64,000 nt of DNA from Felis catus (lineage: Eukaryota), in the NCBI RefSeq assembly GCF_018350175.1, contig NC_058368.1:56050001-56114000 (forward strand), given 5' to 3'. The position numbers and the translations under genes are program-made. The notes under the pieces are model-generated. The model saw nothing but the letters and a program-made list of their open reading frames with translations, did not search any database and was not told the DNA's origin. Shown piece by piece: positions 53,334-64,000 of this stretch (positions are counted from its first letter, which is position 1; every line of letters starts with the position of its first letter).

Positions 53334-53560
53334 GGGGCGCCTGGGTGGCGCAGTCGGTTAAGCGTCCGACTTCAGCCAGGTCACGATCTCGCGTTCTGTG
53401 AGTTCGAGCCCCGTGTTGGGCTATGGGCTGATGGCTCAGAGCCTGGAGCCTGTTTCGGATTCTGTGTCTCCCTCTCTCTCTGCTGCCCCTCCCCCATTCA
53501 TGCTCTGTCTCTCTCTGTCCCAAAAATAAATAAACGTTGAAAAAAAAATTTAAAAAAAAT
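53334..53560 (+). mobile_element. Young feline Can-SINE (SINEC_Fc type)
   Basis: Diagnostic ggcgcagtcggttaagcgtccgacttcagccaggtcacgatctcgcg and ctgatggctcag. Confidence 0.96.
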
Positions 53561-53884
53561 AAATTAAATTAAAAATTATCATAGCTTAGACCTGAGTAAA
53601 ATATTTGAGAAGACCTTATAAATATCTTTTCAATCATTTTTACCGAAGGACAAAACTGTGGAGAAAAAGAGTAGTACTAACTGATGCTTGAGGTACACTT
53701 AAAGTGATTTTATTGCAGTTATCAGTGAGGAGTTTGCAAATTAGTTTAGTAGAATTATAAAACTATGCAAAGGTAGGTTTAAAACTATGTAAGGATGTGT
53801 GATATATTAGAACACACTCTAAGATTAATCAATTTATGCATAACATTGAAAACACACCCGATTAATTTAAAGAAGAGAGAATGA

Positions 53885-54118
53885 GGGGCGCCCGGGAGGG
53901 GGGGGGGGGGGGGGTGGGGCTCAGTAGGCTGAGCATCGGACTTCCGCTCGGATCATGGGCTCATGGTTCTTGGATTCGGGCCCCGCCTGGGGCTCTGTGC
54001 TGACGGCTCAGAGCCTGGAGCCTGCTTCCGGTTCTGTGTACCCCTTTTCTCTGCCCCATCCCCACTCATGCTCTGTCTCTCTCTGTCTTAAAAATAAATT
54101 AAAACATAAAAAAAGAAG
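53885..54118 (+). mobile_element. Can-SINE with G17 run in its head
   Basis: Perfect 17-bp TSD taaagaagagagaatga (53868-53884 and 54119-54135). Confidence 0.93.
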
Positions 54119-55275
54119 TAAAGAAGAGAGAATGATAATGTGGAATTGTTATTCAGCTAGATATTGCAATAACCACCTCACTTTAATTCTACTTCCCGAA
54201 TGACTCATTTCCAACAATTAAATGCATGATGACAGAAGAGAGATTGGTTTCACAACAATATGTCTTCAATAACACAGTACTTTTTTTACAATGAGAAAAA
54301 GATCGTCCAGGGAGATGATAACTGTGCTTCAGGCAGTTTGGGCAATACAAAGGAGAGATTAGTGATTGTTAAAAAGTAAAAAAGTTCCCCCCAAACAAAT
54401 TGTCCCCCAGTGAAACATTGAGCTACTTGTTAGATTTGGTTTTGACTAGGAAAAGCTGGCCTTGACATCTGCTATTTTACTGAGCTTATTATTACTCCAG
54501 ATGGCAACTTCAAACTGTTCTCCAATGTTTCACTTCTGGAGAATAACAATTTTGTGCTTTCTGAACACAAGACCCTTATCTTCATGCCACTGTTTCTATT
54601 TTTGTTTCTTAAAAATTTTTATCAAGAAGATTTACAGATACAAATATAACAGAAGTATTGATAAAGCTTCTGCTAAGTTACATAATCTCAGAAAGCAGGT
54701 ATTTACGTACTAAGTAAAATTGTTTTGCTATAAATGGAATAAAATCACCTTTTACCTCTTCTTCTTAGATAAATAACTACAATTTCCCACCAAATGAAAG
54801 AAAACAAAACATAGGAGAAATCTAAAGCACAAACCATAAGTATAAAGAGTAGTTCAGAAATTCAGCAGAAGTCAGAGCATCAAGAAGATGACTCCCCAAG
54901 ATAAAAGTGGGAACATGACTAATATCTCAGATTTAATCAGTTGATCACAATTTTCCAAGTAGTTTCATTAGCTAATTACTCCTTCCGAGAAAATATGTGT
55001 TACAGCTACTGCATAGGAGCTTTGTTTGGAAAGGAAGGTAATTATGCAATAGGAAGATTAAATGAAAGAAAGACACATAAGGCACGTGTGCCTGAAGTGG
55101 CTACTGATTAGTCATGGTAAAGAAAGACTGCAGTATCAGTTGGTTGGAGCTAAGTAAATTTAAGTCGAGTAAAGTTTTTTTTCTTTTTTTTTTTTTAATC
55201 TGACATTTGAACTAAACTGCACTGTAAGAGTAATTGTTGTTAAGTTTGATCATGGACTTAATAACTCTCTCATGA

Positions 55276-55471
55276 GGGGCACCTGCATGGCTCAGTCAGT
55301 TAAGCGTCCGACTTCAGTTCAGGTCATGATCTCACAGTTTGTGAGTTTGAGCCCCGTGTTAGGCACTTTGCTGACAGCTCAGAGCCTGATTCGGATTCTG
55401 TGTCTCCTCTTTCTGCCCCTCCCCAACTCTGTCTCTCAAAAAATAAATAAATGTATAAAAAAATTAAAAAA
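55276..55471 (+). mobile_element. Can-SINE
   Basis: Perfect 16-bp TSD aataactctctcatga. Confidence 0.95.
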
Positions 55472-55669
55472 AATAACTCTCTCATGAAACTCCATAAGGT
55501 GCTTGTTTCAAATGAACTACTCTTGTTCACAGATGAGGGATAGTCAGAAAAGGAAACATAAAAAAAATCAGCAAATAAAAACGAGTGAAAGAAATACAAC
55601 TTATATTGAAGAACAGGAATTTTAGAAACAGAAAACTAGAGCAAGAGGGGGTGGGAGGGGAAAGACAAA

Positions 55670-57435
55670 GCATGACCCAGAAATTTGCAGAAAAAATTTA
55701 TGCAAATTGAGTCTATTATTGAATAAAAATATGTGCCCCTGCAAAGGGAAGCTCAACAAGGCTATGAAAATTACTACTGAGCAAATATAAGGTAACTATT
55801 CCCAAAGTTCACAGCAGGACTTGAGACACTCAAATTCCTACCAGCCAAAGTGGAGAGACCCCATTGAATATCTGTGATATTCAGTGAAGACCTTAGAAAA
55901 TTCACACGTTAATTGTAGGTCTAATCTATCCCTAGAATTAAAGCAACTCTTAAGAGATCATAACATATGTTAGAGTAAAAACATCAAATGATAATGCTAA
56001 TCCACAACTTAATGGCATTCAAACAATGTCAATAATCTTTTATACAAAAAAGATGACAAAATCTACAGTCACCAGAGAATATTTACCAATTTTGGCATTT
56101 GATCAAAAATTACTAGCTGCAACATCTACTTACAGCCTTTCAATGATTGTTATGTTTTGCCATGCAGCACAAAAAAAAATAGTTAAATAATGAGAACACT
56201 GTGAGTGTCTAGGTGGCTCAGTTGGTTGAGCACCCAACCCCTGATTTTGGCTCACTCAGATCATGATGTCATGGTTAGTGAGTTCGAGTCTGGCCTTGGG
56301 CTCCACGTGGAGCCTGCATGGGATTCTGTCTTTCTCCTTCTCTCTCTGCCCCTCCCCTGCTCACACTCTTTCTCTCAAAATAAATAAATGAGCTTAAAAA
56401 AAAAAGAGAGAAAACTGGACAAAATTCATAAAAACAATTAACACCTCTGTTTCTGACATTGAAAATCATGTAGCACAGGAGTTATTTCTTAAAAAAGGAA
56501 AACAATGTGAGCTCTATGAGTGACCTAGATGCTTGCATGGAGCCAATTTCCAGCACAGGAGTTGGGAACCCAGTAACACCCAGTGGTATTTTTGAGTTGA
56601 AGAAAAAGAAGAAAATGGGAAGCCACAGCAACTGAAATCTCTGAAGTAGAGTTTCAGAGGAAAGGGGAAACCCAGTGAGCTTCAGAAATATGCAAATATA
56701 ATCCACTGAAATTGACTGCATATTAACCTGTGCATAAATAGATTGATACTTCATGAGTCCAGGCAACAAAAAAATTATTGGGAGTGATAAGTTTAATTAT
56801 TCCTAAAATTCGTGAAGATCTGGAGGCCATTCAATTTTCTACCATTAAGAGTGGGAAATTTTGTTTAATAGCTTGTGGCAGTCAGTAGAGATTCCAGGAA
56901 GGTCATACCCTAATACATCAAATCTAAATATATAGTAAATCTACTGTGCGCTAATAAAGCTTATGAATGAGCATTGATCAAGTTTTCCCTAAATTTTATT
57001 TTTAAAACCCATCCTAAGGATCCATAACACTCAGGGATTACCAATCTGGACATATTCAAAGAAAATAATACCTAGGTACAATCATGGCCAAACTGCTGAA
57101 AAACAAATATGGAAGAGAATAACTTGAAATCTACAGATTAAAAGAAATTCAGTTGTAAATGGTGGCTTACACTTCATAAATAACATAGAAACCAAACAAA
57201 AATGGAGTAACATCTTTAAAGTGCTTGAGGCAGAGGTGTCAGGGGCAGTCAGTCAAGACTTCTATATTCAATGAACATCTCAATCAGAAGCAGAAACAAA
57301 ATGAAGACATTTTTGATCAATTAAATGTTTACAAATTTGTTGTTAACAGACCCAATATATGGGGGGGGGGTGTCCACCTGAAGAGAAATTATGCCAAAAT
57401 GAAATTAGGATTTGCAAGAAGAAATGTTGAGATAA
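55670..57435 (+). mobile_element. Ancient L1 (L1MD/L1M4-like) 5' region and ORF1 C-terminal remnant
   Basis: Decayed ORF1 motifs at 57070-57350 (cctaggtacaatcatggccaaactgctg, tggagtaacatctttaaagtgct, aaatttgttgttaacagacc). Confidence 0.55.
56203..56405 (+). mobile_element. Can-SINE (older)
   Basis: ggtggctcagttggttgagc head, CT tract, A tail. Confidence 0.9.
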
Positions 57436-57437
57436 GA

Positions 57438-57983
57438 AATGGTATATATGTCTATGACATGGTTATTATTCAGACATAAAAAAGAAGGAAATTCTATCAT
57501 ATGCAGCAACACTGAATTACCTAGAGAACATTATGCTAAGTGAAATTAGCCAGAGAGAAGACAAATACTGTATGATCTCTATATGTGGAATAAGAATAAG
57601 AAAAGAAATGTCAAACTCATAGAAGAATGTTGGTTGCCAGGAACTGGGAGTTGAGGTAAATGGGTGGATGTTGGTCAAAGGTTACAAATTTTCATTGATG
57701 AGATGAGTAAGTTCTGAGGATTTAATGTACAGTATAGTAGCTATAGCTAATTATACTTTATTGTGTACTTGAAATTTGCTAAAGGAATAGACATTAGTGG
57801 TTCTCACCACACATGCACAGAGGTAACTATGAGAAGTGATAGATGTCTTAATTAACTTAATTGTGGTAATCATTTCACAAAGTATATATGTATCAAATCA
57901 TCATGCTGTATATTCAATTTTATTTATTTATCAATTGTGCCTCAGTACAGCCAGGAAAAAAAAAAAACAAAGGAAAAAAAAAA
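57438..57983 (+). mobile_element. L1 3' end (L1MA9/L1MB-like) with A tail
   Basis: aaagaaggaaattc, attatgctaagtgaaattagccag, tgtggtaatcatttcacaa, then an A-rich tail. Confidence 0.85.
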
Positions 57984-58946
57984 CGTGGTAAAACACAGAA
58001 TACTACCTTTTCCTCTCTTAATTTCTTTAAAACACCAGTGAATAATTTAAAGCAAACTTACATCATTATTTTATGGGATTTATATTTTCTGCGGAAGGAA
58101 AGTATATGGCAGCAGTAGTGTAAGGTTAGGGGATGATAAATGGAATTTGCCTTTGATTAGCAAGGTTCAATATGATTTGACTTATTCTCCTATTTGTTAC
58201 CTGCTGAATTTTATCAGTATTTATATGTCCTTAAGAAGAGGACATATTATCTAATTTTTGTATGCTAAACAAATCATCTATTGAGAAGATAAGTTGAAAC
58301 CTCCTTCTTTAAAGAGGTATTTTTAAATCTCTTATATTTTCACCATGATTTCCTTATGTGTTTTGAGAATAATATTTTATGTGCGTATAAATTTTACCAT
58401 TATGTAATAACTCTCTTTTCCCTAATAATAAGTATTGCTTCAAAACTTCTTTTATTTTATGTATTGTGTTTTTATTGGAAAACAGTAATTTGTTCTTGGC
58501 TTAGAAAATAAACTTTATCACAGTAGCCACTGTGCTTTTTCTTGAAGAGTATTAAACACTTTTATAAAGACAATGCAATGTATATTCCAGCATAATTCAG
58601 TCCTCAGTTTTTTTTTCACTATTTTAGTTAGCAACATTTTCACTTTGAACTATCTTATTCCTATATGCACTTGTCCCAATGCACATAGATTTAGATAATA
58701 TTTTCCATGAATATCATGTTTATAAAGCCCTGGCTTATCACTGTTTTTTAATTATGTAAATTAAGCCAGTTTTTTTTTATATTAGAGATATAATGCTACT
58801 CTGAAAAAATGTAAACAAAAACACACAGATAATATGTAATTATGTTTTATGATTTAATAGTATCTTATTAAGGAATGCTAGGTGAAATATTTGATCTATG
58901 AAGTCCTTTTATGTCATAGGCTCCTTTTAAGAAAAATGATTATTCA

Positions 58947-59116
58947 GGGGCCCCTAGATGGCTCAGTCAGTTAAGTGTCTGACTGACTTCAGCTCAGGTC
59001 ATGGTCTCATGGTTCCTGAGTTCAAGCCCTGCGTTGGGCTCTGTGCTGACAGCTCAGAGCCTGGGGCCTGCTTCAGATTCTGTGTCTCCCTCACTCTCTG
59101 CCCCTCTCCCGCTTAC

Positions 59117-59158
<42 letters not shown>

Positions 59159-59191
59159 TCAAAAATAAACATTAAAAATTAAATAAAAAAT
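58947..59191 (+). mobile_element. Can-SINE whose CT tract has become (TG)n
   Basis: TSD aaaaatgattattca on both sides. Confidence 0.95.
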
Positions 59192-59648
59192 AAAAATGAT
59201 TATTCAGAATAGATGATATTTCTATAAGACCAAAATTAAAATTCACAAACTAATAATTCTAAGCAACATTTTATTGTTTTTTCCAGTGTAGTCTGAGACT
59301 AGCTGAGTTAGTCACCTCTTTCAGTGTGTGTACCTATATTCAGAACATGGTATTTAAGAATAGAGTGAAACTTCTTCAAAAGTGTAATTATTCATATGTT
59401 TCTAAACTATGCAGTGCATGTGAATATTATTTTATCATGTTTTCCTTTGAAAATGCCAAGTCACCTGAAGTTTGTTGTGAGACTGCTGAGAATAAACTGA
59501 CATGCATACCATCTTTTGAAAAGTCCTGCTTTGAGTGTTTACAAAATGCGTTGGCAAGAGCCTGAAAGACTCCTAAAATTGAGCACAGTCTTGAAGGTTA
59601 TAAGGGAATATACAGTATGCCAAGTGGAAGTTATTAAAGTTCCTCTCA

Positions 59649-59836
59649 GGGCTCCTGGGTGGCTTAGTCAGTTAAGCGTCAACTCTTGATTTTGGCTCAG
59701 GTCATGATATCACAGTTCATGGATTCCAGCCCCACATCAGGCTCTGCACCCTGACAGCAGAGCCTGCTTGGGATTCTCTCTCTTTCTCTCTCTGCCTCTC
59801 CATCCACTTGTGCTTTCTCAAATAAACTTAAAAAGA
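59649..59836 (+). mobile_element. Can-SINE
   Basis: Degenerate TSD attaaagttcctctca/attgaagtccctctca. Confidence 0.93.
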
Positions 59837-59896
59837 ATTGAAGTCCCTCTCATTCCCTTTTTCCTGATTGAAGGCAATGCTTAAATTCAGTTTATT

Positions 59897-60089
59897 GGGG
59901 CGCCTGGGTGGCGCAGTCGGTTAAGCGTCCGACTTCAGCCAGGTCACGATCTCGCGGTCCTTGAGTTCGAGCCCCGCGTCAGGCTCTGGGCTGATGGCTC
60001 AGAGCCTGGAGCCTGTTTCCGATTCTGTGTCTCCCTCTCTCTCTGCCCCTCCCCCGTTCATGCTCTGTCTCTCTCTGTCCCAAAAATAT
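59897..60089 (+). mobile_element. Young feline Can-SINE, nearly tailless
   Basis: CpG-rich young body; TSD attcagtttatt on both sides. Confidence 0.96.
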
Positions 60090-61072
60090 ATTCAGTTTAT
60101 TTTCTTCAGAAAACCTAATAAGACATGTATCTTTATTTCAAATTTCTGATTTAAATATTTTGTTTTCAAAGTAGGTGATTATATCCATCACTTCTGCAAG
60201 TGATTTCTGATTTTATCTTATTCCATTGAAAACATTTGTTAGATACACAGAACTCTCCTCAAGAGTCATGATCTTAAATAAAATAGTCAACATAAAATAA
60301 TATTTTAGATTATTAAAAACTGGAATTAGTAAATATTAGGAGATATTATTTAATTGCTATTTAATCTGTTATTCCATGAGGTTTTATGATAACATGAGAA
60401 AATTCTGTTAAAGCAATAATACCTTGAGACTTACGTCTGTATCCCATTATATTATAGAAATTGTGAGAAATCATAAAACAAAAGCAATAGTAACAGAACT
60501 ATATATGCTAGATATTAACTTGTATGCATTACTTTTCTATGTTTTATCAAAACAATAATCTGTAACATATATTGTTAAGGGAGAATATAGTATAGGCTAA
60601 CATCAGTTTTCATCTACCCTGAATGAATTCTAGGAAAACTTCCCATCAGCAGACTCATTTACATATGCAAATATAAGAATGAAGATTCAACTTTAAGATT
60701 ATTAACCATAAGATTATTAACCTTTCCAATGTAAAATATTTGGTTTTGCATGTGAGGAGTCTACCGTGGCTTCCAGAAAACTAATACTTTGTCATACTTG
60801 AAAACATATAGCAAACAAATTGATTTAGGTACAATACACAATCTGCATAAAATATAGACCTACTCATTATATTCTTCCTTTCTAAAAATATTTATCTCAA
60901 CCTTGAGATATCTTTTTTGTCATAATCGTTATTTTTGTTCTACACAACTGAACAGATTTTCAAAGTAATTATATGCAAGATCTTAGATAAACACTAGTGA
61001 TTCAAAGGTGAAAAATGCTAATGAGATTTCAATCTTGTAGGGTATTCAGCATGCATACAACTAAATACAGAC

Positions 61073-61297
61073 GGGCGCCTGGGTGGCTCAGTCGGTTAAG
61101 CGTCCGACTTAGCTCAGGTCACGATCTCGAGGTCCGTGAGTTCGAGCCCCACGTCAGGCTCTCGGCTGATGGCTCAGAGCCTGAAGCCTGCTTCCGATTC
61201 TCTGTCTCCCTGTCTCTCTCTGTCTCAAAAATGAATAATGCTCTGTCTCTCTCTGTCTCAAAAATGAATAAACGTTAAAAAAAAAAAAAACAAATAA
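61073..61297 (+). mobile_element. Can-SINE with duplicated 3' segment
   Basis: TSD acaactaaatacagac/acaactaaatatagac. Confidence 0.95.
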
Positions 61298-62023
61298 ACA
61301 ACTAAATATAGACAAAGACAGAGTAAAATAAGTGTCCAAAATAGGATTTGGGTAAAAAGCATTGAGTGATTATTTTTTTCTTATGTGATCTTAAAAGATA
61401 TTAAATTGATATTAATGGGAAACACGGCATTCATCATGTTTCACAAGAATATTTTATTTTGGCCTTTCTTGAATATATATATTTATAAGAGTATGTGCAT
61501 GTTCAATGAACATTGTTGTACTAGCAAAGTAGAACAAACCGCCTAAAACATTAATGGACTAGATGGTCTACATGATGTATATCATGTCTCTGACCATACC
61601 CTAAACTCTGCAAATCTGTCATCGAATCACACCCCTGATCATGTCTTTGAATGCCTCTGTTAAAATATAAACCTTCCAAAGGAGAAAAAAGAATATTTCA
61701 CAATTAAAAAAGTGATTTGATTGATGATGAGAGATCAGAGGTATATAGTATGAGCCGTTTGATTTACATATTAAGGATAAATGGTAGTCTAGATATGTTA
61801 ATATTATCCTTGGAAAACAATGTATTGGAGAGGAAATGTGAGGTACTGGAAGTGTTTTTGGTACTTGGATTCTATAAGCAGAGATGGGTAGAGGGTTACC
61901 ATACTTCTACATTAAACATTTCCTAATTAATTAACTGCGTTACCTCAGACTGATCATGTGTTTAAACATTCATGTAATGGAAATCTTGCAGAGTAAAACA
62001 GTAGGATCTTGATTTTAGGATTA

Positions 62024-62245
62024 TTTTTTTTTTAATTTTTTTTTCAACGTTTATTTATTTTTGTGACAGAGAGAGACAGAGCATGAACGGGGGAGGGGCA
62101 GAGAGAGAGGGAGACAGAATCGGAAACAGGCTCCAGGCTCTGAGCCATCAGCCCAGAGCCTGACGCGGGGCTCGAACTCACGGACCGCGAGATCGTGACC
62201 TGGCTGAAGTCGGACGCTTAACCGACTGCGCCACCCAGGCGCCCC
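62024..62245 (-). mobile_element. Very young feline Can-SINE
   Basis: CpGs largely retained; TSD gattatttttt on both sides. Confidence 0.96.
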
Positions 62246-64000
62246 GAAGATTATTTTTTAAAAATTTATTCATTCTAGTGTGTTTTCTGTGATACCCACC
62301 TAAAAATAACCTTTTCTGAATGCTATGAAGCAATACCATTAGAGTGACAATGCTGAGGAAAAGACATGATATTGTTAGAAACTTTTTGCAAAAACTTCCC
62401 TACTTTAGGAAAGTAGGTCTGAGATGAAAGATTAATGATAAGAAGATTATGGAAAATATTTGGAATATAAAGATACATACTTAAAACTCAAGAAAGGGTA
62501 ATATTAAGTTACATATGTGTCAAAATTATCTGAAGTGAGATAATATATACTAATAAGTTTATATTAAATTATTATCATGTTTTAAATACCTAATATTAAT
62601 TCACTTATAGCCCTCAATTTCAAGGTCAAATCTTTGTTTTCTAATCTCTCAAAAATTGATTTTCCTCCAGTGAAAATATAGGAAAATGTAAAAGTGGCAT
62701 TACTCTCTGATCCCCATCATAAAAATATGAAGTCCTACAAAAATCTTAAAATAAAATTTCTCCCATGTGATTAAAATAGTATGTCTTCTTTATTTTCTTA
62801 ATTAATTAGTTGTATATATTAATGATATATCTCAATCCCCAAATCCCACCACTTACTTTATGCATTACTTCTTTTCCTAATATTGAATAATTTTTTTAAT
62901 TCAACACAGAATTAAAGTAGATATGGAAAATTTCCTACTACCTGAAGAGAAAATTAAATTTCTGTAATAATTAAGATTTTTATAAATTATGATCTTTATG
63001 GTACAAGAAAGAGGAATAAGTGTTTTTGAGAAACAGTAAAATTAAACTGATTCCTTTTACATGTTGTGGGTAATAGACCTTCTAAGCAAAATAAATTATC
63101 CAATAAGTGAAAATCAAGATTGAAACTATACCATCAATTCACGGCAATCATACGGAAGAAAAGAAAACTTTACTACCTTTATCCAATGTACTGGAAGAAG
63201 TGACTGAGGAAGAAGATTGTTTTAGAAGTAATCTGAATGGGATTCAGTGTGAGTTAAAACTGTAAGAGTTACTAAATTTGAATCAAGTTCACATGATAGA
63301 AACATTTTGACATAGGTAGTTTAAGACTTTATTTTCCAGTTATACTTATTTTTAAATATATAACAATGTGTGACTTAGGTTGATTAAACTGGCTACTCTT
63401 TTGGCAAGTATAATTATCCCATATGAATATGAGTCTATGCATGTGTATGAACGGTAGTGCTGGAAATAATTTTCACAACAGAAGAAGTAATCAACTCTCA
63501 TCTTGAGAAGTAAAAAGGAGGAAGAAAAAGTTTTTTTTACTCCTTTGATACTATTCCTTCTGTACATTACTTTTCAGACATTGTCACTTATTATTATCAG
63601 CTATGTTACATGTTTTTAAGCATTTAATGTATGACTTCTTTCCCCATTTTCATCTTATTTATTTTATTTCACTCTCACACATGAAATCCTAGACATCTTA
63701 TTAGTATTATTTTTCTGTGAATCAAACAAATTGGGTGAAACTCACTGAACTGGATCTCTTTTCCATTTTCTATTATTCACTTTTTCCATGTTTCTCTGTT
63801 ATAAGAGACCTATCTGTTTGAGCTATATCAGTAGGACTTCTGGAGGTCAGAGGGAGGGGAAGAATGGATATCATTCTAATAGTTCCTTTTCTGTTGCATT
63901 ATCTTGTAATAATTGCTAACACCTCCTCTTGAGATAGTCCTTTCCATTCACCTCTCCTTCCAGGTTCTGCTGACTCTTACTGCATCTAGCCCCTTTCATC

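Noticed and set aside
6116..61339. Many 60-115 aa ORFs sharing motifs such as AQVMIS, VLTAQSLEPASDSVSPSL or THTHTH
   Set aside because: They are translations of Can-SINEs and microsatellites, not a gene family.
6255..62245. tRNA-like A/B-box sequences at SINE heads
   Set aside because: These are tRNA-derived SINE promoters, not tRNA genes.
63107..63265. Acidic ~52-codon open frame (IETIPSIHGNHTEEKK...EEVTEEEDCF)
   Set aside because: No ATG, no convincing splice sites and no recognised homology; consistent with chance.
1..64000. A novel multi-gene system, CRISPR array or operon
   Set aside because: This is mammalian repeat-rich DNA; the recurring ~200-bp units are dispersed SINEs, not repeat-spacer arrays, and the only credible ORFs are L1.

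Overview
AT-rich, repeat-dense mammalian genomic DNA, very probably from a cat-family (Felidae) genome: about 27 tRNA-derived carnivore Can-SINEs, several of the young feline SINEC_Fc type. I found no host protein-coding exon, RNA gene or prokaryote-style system. Apart from the L1 ORFs, the ORF track is spurious or consists of retroelement remnants. The main feature is a full-length, fairly young LINE-1 (about 43425-49346, + strand) with a target-site duplication (TSD) of up to 19 bp, a CpG-rich 5'UTR, an open ORF1 and an ORF2 broken only by small indels in base runs. The rest is layered TE fossils: old L1 fragments, an orphan L1 5'UTR with internal repeats, an ERV-L RNaseH/integrase remnant, MaLR and ERV1-type LTRs, MER58A, a Tigger2-type MITE, L2 pieces and microsatellites. 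Most noteworthy: an L2-ended, A-tailed, TSD-flanked insert inside a younger L1MC; a SINE-L1 fusion; two SINEs stacked at one target site; an antisense ORF in the L1 5'UTR; and a palindromic AT-rich block bounded by 22-bp direct repeats. I see no well-supported novel biological system. Family names are from recalled consensus features, not a database search.
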